Assembly (NCBI RefSeq): GCF_004010195.1
Contig: NC_057750.1
Coordinates: 12,605,899-12,669,898 of the forward strand
Direction: 5' to 3'
From: Chiloscyllium plagiosum
Lineage: Eukaryota
DNA length: 64,000 nucleotides
Shown here: positions 50,693-62,359 of the stretch, piece by piece
Numbering within the stretch: position 1 is the stretch's first letter
How the letters are laid out: each line of letters opens with the position of its first letter
Notes under the pieces: generated by a model
Seen by the model: the letters and a program-made list of their open reading frames with translations, nothing else
What the model was told of the DNA's origin: nothing
The model's database searches: none
Program-made: the position numbers and the translations under genes

Positions 50693-50757
50693 CTGCATTA
50701 CCAAAGAATGATAGCATCAAGCAAGTCAAACATTTGAACCACATGGTCTCAAGGTGA
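50693..50757 (+). CDS. CATSPERG: Candidate terminal exon of CATSPERG (alternative C-terminus, or 3' UTR exon)
   Basis: Strong acceptor cttttatttttatctgttccacag|. Phase-1 frame ALPKNDSIKQVKHLNHMVSR*, followed by AATAAA at 50847. Confidence 0.45.
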
Positions 50758-50846
50758 ATGGGTGACTAGTAACTGCAGTTCTAATAGAACAAATGTCTGC
50801 GGATTTAAGATAATATTGAGTAAAGCAGGATTCTTAATTTTTAAAA

Positions 50847-50859
50847 AATAAATATTAAA
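50847..50859 (+). promoter_or_regulatory. Candidate polyadenylation signal (AATAAA plus ATTAAA)
   Basis: AATAAA 50847-50852 and ATTAAA 50854-50859, followed by GT-rich sequence, about 90 nt after the candidate terminal stop. Confidence 0.4.
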
Positions 50860-52114
50860 TGTTTTGAAGACTGTTTCTGGAAGACTCAGCTCCTTTTTAC
50901 TTCCTGTAAATTCCTGTGATTGTTTTGTGAGACTTAGTCGTAATTCTATCCCTTAATTATTATTTCATCGATCAGCTCTTCTCATTGTTAATCCTAAACA
51001 AAAACTTGTGATTTGCATAATATTCCAATATTGGGATTTTATCCTCAAAATGCTGTTAATTCTTTATTAAAGTTTTATCGATCATCCTTGGTTTTGCGAA
51101 TTTAATTCATGTATCCCCTACACCCCATTTCAGCTTTCCCTCTTCCTCTATTGAAAAGTCTCCGCCAAGCTTGGTCTCCTCAGTCTGGGCAGTCACTCAT
51201 ATTTTATCCAAATAACCATTTCTTATGTGTCAACACAGGGAGTACCTTGATTGAATTTGAGGCATTGCAGTTAGGCTAAACCTGTCCTCATCCAGTGGGT
51301 ATTTGCATATATTTTGAAGCTGGTGTTACAAGATTTTTTTGTGTTCAGTTTTCAGACATGGACATCACTAGCTAGCCAGCAATTTTACTGCCTGACCCCA
51401 TTTGGCCTTGAGAAGGTGGTGGTGAGTTGCCAACATGAACTGCTGAAATCCACATTCTATAGATTAACTCTCATTGCCCTTAGAGGAGGAATTCTAGAAT
51501 TTTGACCCAGCAACGGTGAAGGAATGGTGCCATTTTTCCAAGTCAGGATGGTGAGTGGCTTGGAGGAGAACTTGCAGTTGGTAGTATTTCCATGTGTCTG
51601 ATGCCTTTGTCCTTCTAGATGGAAGTGGTCATGGGTTTGGAAGGTGCTGTCTAAGAACCTTTGGTAAATTTGTGCAGTGCATCTTGTAGATGGTGCACTC
51701 TTCTGCTACTGAGTGTTGGTGCTGGGGGAATGTGGTGCCAATCAAGTGGGCTGCATTGTCCTTGATGGTGTCAAACTTCCTTACCCAACCAGGTAATTGG
51801 GGAGTAGTCAACTGCTCTTCCCAAGACTGCAAAAAATTAGAGAGTTGTGAACACAGTCCAGTCCATCACGAAAACCAGCCTTCCTTCCATTGACTCCATG
51901 AGAACTTCCCACTGCCTGGAAAAGCAGCCAGCACAGTTAAAGATCCCTCCCACCCTAGTTCCATCTCTTGCACCCTCTTCCATCAGGCAGAAGATACAAG
52001 TGTTTGAAAACATGTACCAACAGATTCAAGAACAGCTGCTTTCTTGCTGTTTTCAGACTTATGAATGGATCTCTCATATATTAAAGTTGTTCCTTCTCTG
52101 CACCTTCCTCTGTT

Positions 52115-52660
52115 CGTGAGTTTTGAGATGATCTCAGGTTGAGGTTCTGGATGTAAGTTTGCTTGCTGAACTGGAAGGTTCATTTTCAGATGTTTTGTCA
52201 CCATACTGGTAACATTATCATTGAGCCTTCGGTGAAGCACTGGTGTTAGTGACCTGCTTTCTATTTACAGAGGAACTTTGATCATCCGAACGAGATGGGC
52301 AGGCAGTATCTCATTCAGATAATTGATTACTCGGATAACTGATTCAATGCCTCTCTTCTGGGACTCAGAGTTTTCTGAAGTTTCATTTTTCCTCGCTCTG
52401 CCTGCCTTGCCTCCTCTCTCTGTGTCAGGGTTTGTTTCTGAGCAGACGCACACTTGTGTGTAAGAGACCTGCAGCATTGCTGAAACCTCTCCCCACTGCT
52501 GCTTCACTTCAATGGGATTGACAGAGTGAGCACTTGCTATGTCCACTGCCCATTCAGGAGATGAGGCAACAGCACACCATATAATTGATATTTGAATAAT
52601 CAAGGTTCCTGTGTATGTATTTAGGTTTCCTTGGGTTGGTGATGTCAGTTTTTGTGTTTG
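52115..52660 (-). mobile_element. Terminus of a third PLE family, with decayed hammerhead motif
   Basis: Minus strand ctcaatgataatgttaccagtatggtgacaaaacatc reads as a decayed CTGATGA-stem-GAAACGTC. Confidence 0.55.
52268..52613. mobile_element. Tigger/pogo-like MITE
   Basis: Imperfect TIRs cagaggaactttgatcatccgaa / tttgaataatcaaggttcctgtg, flanked by TA at 52266-52267 and 52614-52615. Confidence 0.75.
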
Positions 52661-53572
52661 TAGCTGTAACACTACTGTAACACATTTTGTTCTATTACCC
52701 TGATATACTTACATAAGGTATGGTTTGTCTGGATAGCACGCAAAATAGTTCTGTGTCTCAGCACATGTGACAATAATAAATCAAATCACACCAAACCACA
52801 CTTGTTCCTTCTCAATGGTGGATAGGCTTTGGGACTCAGGAGATGAGCTATTTGCAGCACTACTTCTAGCCTCTGACCTGCTCTTATAGCTACTGTGTTT
52901 ATGTAATAAGTCTAGTTGAGTTTCTAGTCAATGGTAACTCCAAGGATGTTGATAGTCGGGAATTTAGTGATGATAACACAATTGAATGTCAAGGGACAAT
53001 GATTAGATTGACTCGTATTGGTGATGTTCATACTCTAGCATTTGTGTGGCACAAATGTCACTTGCCACTTATAACTCAAGCCTGGATATTGTTCAGATAT
53101 TGTTGCATTTGAACATGAACCGATTCACTATTTGGAGGATTGCAAATGGTGTTGAACATTGTGCAATTATCAGTGAACAACCTTACACTGATTTTCTGAT
53201 AGAAGGAAGGACATGGATGAAGCAGCTGAAGATGGTTGGGACTAAGATACTACCCTGGAATTCTTGCAGAGGTGTCCTGGAGCTGAGATGATTGACCTTC
53301 GACAACCATAATCATCGTCCTACATGCTAGATATGATTCTAACCAGAAGAGAGTTTGCTCCCTAATACCCATTAATTCCAGTTTTGCCACAGCTCCTTGA
53401 TGCCATACTCGGTTGAATGGCCGTGATTTCAAGGGCTGTCACTCTCACCTCACCTCTGAAATTTAGCACTTTTGTCCATGTTTGAACCAAAGCTCTAAAT
53501 GAAGTCAGGAGCTGAGTGTTCCTGGCGGAACCCAAATTTGGCGTCACTGAGCAAGTTATTGCTGAGCAGTTG

Positions 53573-55590
53573 AAATGGCTGGTAATGAGAAGGTGGTGTT
53601 GATTGGACTCTATAGAGTGCCGATGCTCTGCGAACCAGTGCCCGAGTCTGTGCTTGGTCTCTCCAATTGGCCAGAGAGGGGGGGTGAGGTCCTTGGCCTT
53701 CTCCATCGCCAGACCCTGACCACACGACGCCTGGAGGAAGAGTGCCTCATCTTCTGCCTAGGAACCCTCCAACCACACAGGATGAATGTAGATTTCTCCA
53801 GCTTCCTCATTTCCCCTCCCCCCACCTTATCTCTGTACGAACCCCCGGATTCAGCACCACCCTCTTCACCTGCAATCTTCTTCCCAACCTCTCCGCCCCC
53901 AACCCGTCTCTGGCCTATCACCCTCATCCTCACCTCCTTCCACCTATTATATTCCCAGCACCCCTCCCCCAAATCCCCTCCTCCCTACCTTTATCTCAGC
54001 CCGCCTGGCACACCAGCCTCATTCCTGAAGAAGGGCTTATGCCCGAAACGTCGATGCCCGAAACGTCGATTCTCCTGCTCCTCAGATGCTGCCTGGCCTG
54101 CTGTGTTTTTCTAGCATCATATTTTTCAACTCTGGTCTCCAGCATCTGCAGTCCTCACTTTCTCCAGGTAAGAAGAAGTGCAAGCAAATTTTGGAATGAT
54201 TATTTGGGACCTTAGATAGAGGTGAGAGGGGAGGTTTAGGAACAGGTGTTGCACTTCCTTCAGTTGCAAGGAAAGGTGCCAGGTGTGGAGGAGAGTTGGT
54301 GGGGAATGTGGAACGAATGAGGGAGTTGTGGAGTTAACAGTCCCTACTGAAAGCAGATGGGATAGGGAAGGGAATATCGGTGGTGAGGTCTGACTACAGG
54401 TGGTGAAAATAGCGGAGCATGATACATTGAATTTGGAGACTGGTGAGATGGTATGTGAGGACCAGGGGTACTCTATCCTTATTGTGGTTGGGGGGAGGGG
54501 GTTTGAGGGCAGAGGGGAGTGAAATGGAGGAGATGTAGTTGAGGACATTATGATTCATGGAAGAGGGGAAGTTACGGTCCTTGAAATAGGAGGACATCTG
54601 GGATGTCCTGGAATGGAATCCCTCATCCTGGGACCAGATGCGGTGGAGGCAGAGGAATTGGGAGTAATGGATCACGTTTTTTCAGTGGGGCAGGTGAGAG
54701 GTGTAGTAGTCAAGGTAGCTGTAGTGTCAGTGGGTTTAAAATGGATATTGGTGCTATGTCTATTATGGGAGATGGAGACAGAGAGGTCCAGGAAGGGGAG
54801 GGAGCTGTCAGAGATGGTCAGGATGAATTTGAGGTCCGAGTGGAAGATGTGGTTAAACTTAAAGAACAGTTCAAACTCCTCTTGGGAGCACGAGGTATTG
54901 CTCAAACAGTCATCAATGTAGTGGTGGTAAAGGTGAGGGCTGGTACCGGTGTAGTTGCGGAAGAGGAACTGTTCCACGTAACCTACAAAGGGGCAGGCAT
55001 AGCTCGGACCCATGCAGGTATCCGTGGCCATCCCTTTGGTTTGTAGGAAGCGGGGGAAGTCAAGGGAAAAATTGTTGAGGGTAAGGACCAGCCTTCCACT
55101 CCCCTGGTAACACGTCCACCCTGGGCCTCCTCCACTGTCAAAATGAGGCCACATGCAAACTAGAAGACGAACACCTGAATACCGCCTCAGGAGCTTGCAG
55201 CCCAATGACCTCAATTTGGGTACACCAGCTTCAAAGTCTCCTCACTCCCAACCTCATCCCATTTCCAGCCCTCCCTCTCCTCTCTGCCTCCTTGACCTGA
55301 CCTAACCTGTCCATCTTCCTTCTCACCTATCCACTCCACCCTTCTCACTGTCCGATCACAATAAGCCCCTACCTGCTTCCACCTATCATCATCCGTCCTG
55401 CCTTTCCCTCAGCCCCACCCATCTTCTTCTATTTATTTCTGAGCTCCCTTCCCCTCCCAGCCCAAATGAAGAGTCCTGACTTGAAACATCAACTTTCTTG
55501 CTTCTCTGATGCTGTTCAACCTGCTGTGCCTTTCCAGCTAACATTTTATCGACTCTGACTTCCAGCATCTGCAGTCCTTACTATCTCTGA
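53573..55590. mobile_element. 5'-inverted Penelope-like element with 15-bp TSD
   Basis: Minus-strand RT (QTKGMA...MGPSYA, YIDD, PFLDL) and GIY-YIG IGETKHRL...HFN, then plus-strand 3' part 55091-55590. TSD attgctgagcagttg at 53558-53572 and 55591-55605. Confidence 0.88.
53669..54166 (+). mobile_element. Younger PLE 3' fragment nested in the inverted PLE
   Basis: RRLEEECLIFCLGTLQPHRMNVDF, hammerhead core at ~54024 with tandem duplication of tgcccgaaacgtcga, and tail. Confidence 0.82.
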
Positions 55591-56756
55591 ATTGCTGAGC
55601 AGTTGCTGCTTGACAGCACTATTGTAGATAACCACCAATTCTACTTATTTCTGCTTTGACACTTTCCTTCCCAGGTAATCTTAATGCACTTCTTCCACTC
55701 TGGCTAAGCACAGATCAATGATTGACCTTGACATCATCTGGTAAGCTTAGGTAAACTGTTCATACGTACAGAGAGTCAGGTTTCACAGTAAGATATTGCA
55801 TTAAATTTTGATATACTAATGTGCTGGGTGAGAATGTGAGGAGTGTAAGACTTGGAAGTACAATTCCCTATAGTTGGCCACTTAACCTAAACATGTATAC
55901 CATATTTCCATGTGATGGCATTGAAAATATGATGTTTTTATGTATTCTGTATTTGTGAGTAGGACACAATAGAATTACAGAATGAGTGCACAGGTTAAAA
56001 GGCTACGCCTCATTTTAGTGAGATCTTCCTGTATGTAATGCTAGGTACTGTAAGGCCCTATGAGAAGATACTATTCTCCACTGACAGGATGAAAAAAATC
56101 TGCCCCTGAATAGTATGGCCTAAGGTAGTAGAGGATGTCAGCAACAGGAATACTGTACTTGTTGATTCAGTGCAGAACAGGAAAGGTGCCACATTCACCT
56201 GTATCTTGTGGTGTTTATCAGTCAAATCCCTCCTGCTCAAGACTACTCCAGAACAGCATTCCTCAAACCAACCTGGATTGCAGAGCGTCTATCCATTGCT
56301 AACACTCTGAATGAAAATACATGCCTCTCCATCATTGACATTCTCAACAAATACTGTCCATCTCTCTATTGTCATTGATAAGTGTTGTTTCACTCCTTGC
56401 GGAGAAAGGAGTGCAGAACGGGAGGTGGCCCAGCACCTATCTGGAATTCCCAGCTGCAGAGGTGAATCTGCTGGACATCAGTTATGTATCGGCACACTTG
56501 GTTATCAGAGATAGAGGTTTCCCAGATGACAGAAGTAAGTATCAGACAGCTAGATGGCATAAATGTTCACTTGATGTCAGTTATGAGTAAAATATAACCA
56601 TGTGAATAATGATTGCCTGAAGTATTCTTCCCATCACAGTCCTAATTCATGACTTTAATTTCTCAAGAGGCCATCAAGAGCTAATGTAAATGGTGGATGA
56701 CACTTCTCAGAGGGGTTTACTCACTTAATTTACAGGATTCACACAGATGATGTAGC

Positions 56757-56817
56757 TCCTCCTCCTCGTTGTCCTCGTCGTCCTCATCCTCCTCATCCTC
56801 CTCATCCTCCTTCTCCT
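56757..56817. repeat. (TCC/TCA/TCG)n trinucleotide tract
   Basis: cctcctcgttgtcctcgtcgtcctcatcctcctcatcctcctcatcctcc; reads as an acidic run on the minus strand. Confidence 0.8.
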
Positions 56818-58159
56818 ATGACTATGTTTGGTTTGTTGGGACATGATGTGCATAAACCTCTAAGGAATCTGTGTCTTAACCGACTAACTATCATTACCCA
56901 CCTCAGCAGGATACAATGTAATTAATCCCATGGCTTTTCAGTCTGAAGTAGTAGGAGTGCTGTTATATTTAGATCTCTTATGTCATATCTTCAAACAAGG
57001 AAACCTATCCTGTGTCTGATTGATACATTTAGATGCATCCAAAGAATATAACATGGTCCAAACATAGAAAGAAGAGCTGAACTCCTGAGATGAGGTGAGA
57101 GTGACTTCCTTTTACATCAGAGCTGTGTACCAATGCAGATATTCAAGCTTCACTGTTTTAAGTTGGATTTTCATCTGATGACTTTACACATCACAAGTCA
57201 ATAAAAACAGTCAGAGAGAAGGACAACAGTGCTGAGATCATGTAGGAAGCTACAAGCCCCAAGAACAACTCAGATGAATGAATCTCAGAAACATTTGGAA
57301 AAATAAGATACTTCTGGAGTAATGGCAAAGAGTGTGGTATGTACTGGTAGGACTTCCAGACACTGTGCACATTTGAAGATGTTTCATGCATATAAGGTAT
57401 GCTACTGCATACCTTGATTATGTCTTCATGTGTAGAAAGACTTGAAGGAACTTGCAAGGAGCGTTGAATACAACAGTAAAACCGTGGATGTAGATCCTCA
57501 AGAACAGCTTGCTGTACGTGATGAACAGCACCTTATGTATGATGCCCCAGTCATTCATCATCAGTACTCTCTATCTCACTTCTAGTACAAAAGTATGAAT
57601 GAGCCATTAAGAAGGATGAATGTAAGAGGGGCGTGGAAGTGGGAGTTGGATCAAAATGCTTCCAGGGACTTTGGTGCATTCAGTTTCTGGTGCTTTGGTC
57701 ATATAGCCATAGGTCTTCATCTTCCTCCTCTTTGGATCACCTGAAGAGGATCTGTGCTCTACCTATCGTTGGTCCAAAGATGAATAAAATAATTGAACTC
57801 TAGCGATGCGGTGAGAGTGACGTAGAATGACATCACTGACCTATTGCAACATTGAAGTAAATAGAAATCAGGATAAAAAGTCATCCCTGAATAAACTCAT
57901 GCCTAGCACTAATGATGATGGTTGTGGATGTTGGAGGTTAACCATCTCACCTGAGAACAATGCTCAATGCATAGTCCCAGGCCAAATAGTCATCAGCTGC
58001 TTCACCAATAATATGCCTCCACTTTTTTCCTCCTTCATAGGGTCAAAAATGGAAATGGTCACTGATGATTGCACACTGTTCAATACCATTCTAACTCCTT
58101 AGATAATAAAGTAATCTTTACCCACATGCAGAAAGACGTGGATAACATTCAGGATTAGG

Positions 58160-58373
58160 AGAAAGTGAGGACTGCAGATGCTGGAGATCAAATCTGAAAA
58201 ATGTGTTGCTGGAAAAGCGCAGCAGGTCAGGCAGCATCAAAGGAGCAGGAGAATCGACGTTTCGGGCATAAGCCCTTCTTCCTGAAGAAGGGCTTATGCC
58301 CAAAACATCGATTCTCCTGCTCCTTTTTTTGCTGCCTGACCTGCTGCGCTTTTCCAGCAACACATTTTTCAGC
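58160..58373. mobile_element. Fold-back PLE mini-element
   Basis: Inverted arms centred at ~58282 with the tail on the left; 17-bp TSD taacattcaRgattagg at 58143-58159 and 58374-58390. Confidence 0.88.
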
Positions 58374-58990
58374 TAACATTCAAGATTAGGTTAGGAAAGG
58401 TCAGTAGTGTTTGAGCCACACAGTCTTGAGTCAAGCAAGACTATCTCCAGAAAGAGAGAATATAACCATTTCTCCCTGTCATTCAACAGCATTACCATTG
58501 TTGATTCCACATCCTGGAGATTATCATTAACCAAAAACGTGGCTGGACCAGCCCATCTAAATACTGTGGCAACAAGAGCGTCAGAAGGCGAATAACTCAT
58601 CTCCTGTTTTGTTGAAGTCTGTCTATTGTTTATAATTGACAAATCGAGAGTGTGGTACTTTCTAATTATCTGAAGGAATGCAGTTCCAGCATTACTCAAA
58701 AAGCTCACCGATGTCCAGAATAATAGTCTACTTAATCAACACGGCAGCAACTCATCAAATTATCTTTAACTGCACTTCCAAACTCATACCCTCTGCCAGT
58801 TGAGTTTCTCAGAATAGTATCTTTGACCCAACCATCTTCAGCTGCTTCATCAGTGAACTTCCCTTCATCACAAAGCCAGAATTGGAGATGTTTGCTGATG
58901 ACTGAACAATATTCAGCAACATTTGTGACCTCTCATTTAGTGAAGTAGTTCATACCCAATGTATCAAGACTTTAACATTATACCAGTTTG

Positions 58991-59197
58991 AGAGTGTGGT
59001 GCTGGAAAAACACAGCAGGTCAGGCAGTCTCCGAGGAGCAGGAGAATTGACTTTCAGCCAGAAGCCCTTTAGCCTGATGAAGGGCTTATGCCTGAAATGT
59101 GGTTCTCCTGCTCCTCGGAGACTGCCTGACCTGCTGTGCTTTTCCAGCACTACACTCTTGACTCTGATCTCCAGCATCCGTAGGCTTCACTTTCTCT
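58991..59197. mobile_element. Fold-back PLE mini-element
   Basis: Inverted arms centred at ~59071; 14-bp TSD attatacYagtttg at 58977-58990 and 59198-59211. Confidence 0.85.
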
Positions 59198-60133
59198 ATT
59201 ATACTAGTTTGTGCTGACAAGTGGGAAGTAACATTTGCTCCACATAAGTACCAAGCAATTATTATCTTCAATGAGAAGAATTTATCCATTGCCCCTTGAC
59301 ATTCAAAGGTATCACCATCACTGAATCCCCTGCTGTCAGTATCATGGGGTTTATCATTAACAAAAAACTCAACTGGACTAGTCATCTGAATACTATGGTT
59401 ACAACAGCAGCTCAGAGCCTAGCAATCCAGCTGTATGAAACACACCTCCTGACTTCCCACTTGTTTGAATGAATGCCGCTCCAAGACCTCTCAAGAAACT
59501 CAACACCATCTAGGATTGGTACCATGTCCACAAACATTCACTCTGTCCACCATCAACATTTAATGGCAGCATGTGTACTATCTAAAAGGTGCACTTCAGT
59601 AGTTAACCAAGATTCCTTAGATAACATCTTCCAAGTACATGACTATGATAATTAGAAAAATAAGGGCAGCAGTTACATGCAAGCACCACCCACCTGCAAG
59701 TTCCTCTCTAAGCCATTTACTGTCCTGAACCGGAAATCTATTGCTGTTCGTTAAATGTCGCTGAGTCAAAATCTTGAAACTCTCTCCCTAATATGGGTCT
59801 ACTTACAACAAATGAACTGCAGCAATTCAACAAAACAGCTCGCCATCACTTTTTCAAGGGCAATTAGGAATGGGTAATAAGTGATGGCCAAGCCAGCAAT
59901 ACCTACATCTTGTGAAATAATTAAGAATAGAGAAGGACCAAGGCAATAGATGTTTGAAGCATAAAACCCTGCAAGCTCTCCTCAAAGTTACACACCATCT
60001 TAACGTGGAGCTACATCATTCACAGTCACTGGGCCAAAATCTTGAAACCTTCTCTCAAAAAGCACTAAGGCAGTATCAACACCACAATGGACTGCAGCAA
60101 TTCAAGAAGGCTGCTTACCAGCATCTCCTCAAG

Positions 60134-60268
60134 GCGAAAGTCAGGACTGCAGATGCTGGAGGTTGGAGTCGAGAATGTGATGCTGGAAAAGCACAGCAGG
60201 TCAGGCAGCATCCTGCTCCTTGGATGCTGCCTGACCTGTTGTGCTTTTCCAGCACCATAATCTCAACT
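60134..60268. mobile_element. Fold-back PLE mini-element lacking its centre
   Basis: Arms meet at ~60215 with no hammerhead region; cagcatctc is repeated at both flanks. Confidence 0.75.
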
Positions 60269-60318
60269 CAGCATCTCAAGCGCAATCAGAGATGAGCAAC
60301 AAATGCTGACTTGCCTAT

Positions 60319-61258
60319 TGTTATGGATCAGACCAAACTCTTCAAACCATTCAGAAGATAATCTAGATTCTAACTTCTTCTTATTTTAAAGATAAACGTA
60401 AGTGGTTGTATTCCAGATGCAATTCAATTGGTCAAACAATTAAAGCAAAACACATTTTATTCATCCGCTGTAGTTAAAATATAACAAAAGAAAGAAGGAA
60501 TTGGAATACTCAACTCTGTTGAAAAGTTATTGGAATAATGATACAGAAACTGTTACTAACTAGTAGGCAGCATGGTGGCTCAGTGGTTAGCACTGCTACT
60601 TCACAGCACGAGGGTCCCAGGTTCAATTCCAGCCTCGGGCGACAATCTGTGTGGAGTTTGCATATCCTCCCCTTGTCTGCGTGGGTTTCCTCCGGGTGCT
60701 CTGGTTTCCTCTCACAGTCCAGAGATGTGCAGGTCAGGTGAATTGGCTTAGGTGAATTGGCCATGCTAAATTGCCCATAGTGTTAGGTGCATTGTGCATT
60801 AGTCAGAGGGGAATTGGACTAGGTGGGTTACTCTTTGGAGGGTTGGTGTGGACTTGTTGGGCTAAAGAGCCTGTTTCTGCACTGTAGGGAATCTAATCTA
60901 AAAAAAACTTTCGATATAGTAACATCCCATAAACACACCCTTGGCAAAAGACAAATTTAGAACACAGATTGCAACTCCTGTAGATGGCAGAGAACCAACG
61001 GCTTTTGGCGTAACTGAGAGAGGGACAAAAAAATAGCTTCCACTTCTTCAAGGTCCAAACAGCAACTGCTAAAGGCTAAACCTAATCCCCAGTTCTGTGG
61101 ATAGTAGCTTGACCACACCCTTTCAGACTCTTGTATTGTTCCAAATTTTTTTTCAAAAACCCAACGCTTCACAAATTGCTTATCTTCTCATGAACTGCTT
61201 GTCACCTGTCCCCCAGAAACCAGGACAAAAGACACCACTTAGCCACAATATCATCACA
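60319..61258 (-). mobile_element. Solo LTR with nested SINE
   Basis: TGTTATG...ATCACA, flanks ctat/ctac; same family as 14143. Confidence 0.75.
60566..60900 (+). mobile_element. HE1-type V-SINE
   Basis: A box ggtggctcagtgg, B box ggttcaattcc, V-domain, and CR1 tail ending aatctaatct. Confidence 0.9.
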
Positions 61259-61329
61259 CTACACTGTCCCTATCCCAGGACTAATTTTTTGAAAAAAAGA
61301 AAATAAAGACTTCAGTAGGTACATGTAGA

Positions 61330-61600
61330 ATTTCAGCATGAAAGGAAGATGAAGCCTAACCTTGGGAAAGAGCAAGCTTTGTATGATGGCCGTTGCCAGT
61401 TTTGAGCTAGACTGTCTCATGGTCTTTGGCAGTGACAGGAGACACGCTTTCAGGCTTGTCAGTAGACCCAGCATCTTGATGCTGTTTCTTTTTCACCACT
61501 CTCCTGTAAGCTGCCTCATTGTAGCTCTCATCTCAGTGACCAGTAGGATTACTCATCTGCGCGCCTAGCACATGAACCATCCAATATAATTGGAATGGCT
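61330..61600 (-). mobile_element. Possible Harbinger transposase remnant
   Basis: Minus strand SNPTGH*DESYNEA followed by MLGLL resembles the NP...E..YN.AH / IGLLK segment of Harbinger DDE transposases. Confidence 0.35.
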
Positions 61601-62030
61601 GCATTGCTTTAGGGCTACATGACTCACCATATGCTGATTCCAACCCTAACCTGCTATTATAGGAGATGGTGGTGGCCAGTGTAAGATCAATCTTAGGGAT
61701 CCTTTTTGTTGATATTATGATGTTACCCTCTCTCGCTTCCTCAAACTGCCATGGCCAGCTAGATAATAATGGTTGGGTGTATGAAATTGAAAGTAAGAAG
61801 AAGATTCAAATGAGGGAAGTGAGTTGAGAAGGAAAGCACGGGTCCATGTTACATAGAACGATGTGAATTCAGAGTTCAGAAGAGTCACAGGACAGGAAAA
61901 CTCCATTACTCTGAATGTTCTCAGCGATTCCAGAACCCATAGGCTTTGTCATAGCTGACACCATAATATGAGAACCATCTTGACTTAGAGCCTTGACATC
62001 TGCCAACTCTCCTCTGCTTCCCTCATTTGT

Positions 62031-62150
62031 GGAGGTGCTGGTGTTGGAGTGGGGTGGACAAGGTCAGAAGTCACATGATACCAGATTATAGTCCAACAGG
62101 TTTATTTGAAATCACAAGCTTTTGGAGTGCTGCTCCTTCATCAAGTGAAG
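62031..62150 (-). mobile_element. PLE family-2 terminus (single arm)
   Basis: Similar to the left arm of 41407-41618. Confidence 0.75.
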
Positions 62151-62359
62151 TGGACATCTCTTACCTACCGCCATCACTTGAAGCCACTATACTACATCCG
62201 TGATCCTCTGTTCTCATGACCAATTTTCCTTGTGCAGTATTCCACTAACAGTATTTAGCAGTAGCCTTCAGTTATTCAATACAGCTTTCTTTTAAGATGG
62301 AAGACTGCTTTTAAGCAAGTCACAGGAGGCTGGTTACAGGAGGTCGTGAGCTCCATCAC

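Larger units (their letters stand above)
51800..52795 (+). mobile_element. Rex1/Babar-like LINE 3' end
   Basis: HP...LPSGRRYKCLKTCTNRFKNS C-terminal motif; tail caataataaatcaaatc at ~52770. Confidence 0.7.
51340..53572 (-). mobile_element. L2/CR1-group LINE (3' end and RT) hosting nested insertions; resumes at 55591-55630
   Basis: Reverse complement of 39240-41015 segments at ~51340-51780 and ~52795-53572. Confidence 0.82.
57870..60315 (+). mobile_element. Three successive L2/CR1-group LINE 3' fragments
   Basis: Repeated similarity to 40100-41015 at ~57870-58760, ~58800-59900 and ~59930-60315. Confidence 0.65.

Noticed and set aside
55675..55740. 66-nt segment with a good acceptor (ccttcccag) and donor (gtaagc)
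   Set aside because: Stops in all three frames; at most a non-coding exon, with no support.
60566..60640. tRNA-like A and B boxes (also at 35110-35185 and 37012-37080)
   Set aside because: These are SINE heads continuing into the V-domain and CR1 tail, not tRNA genes.
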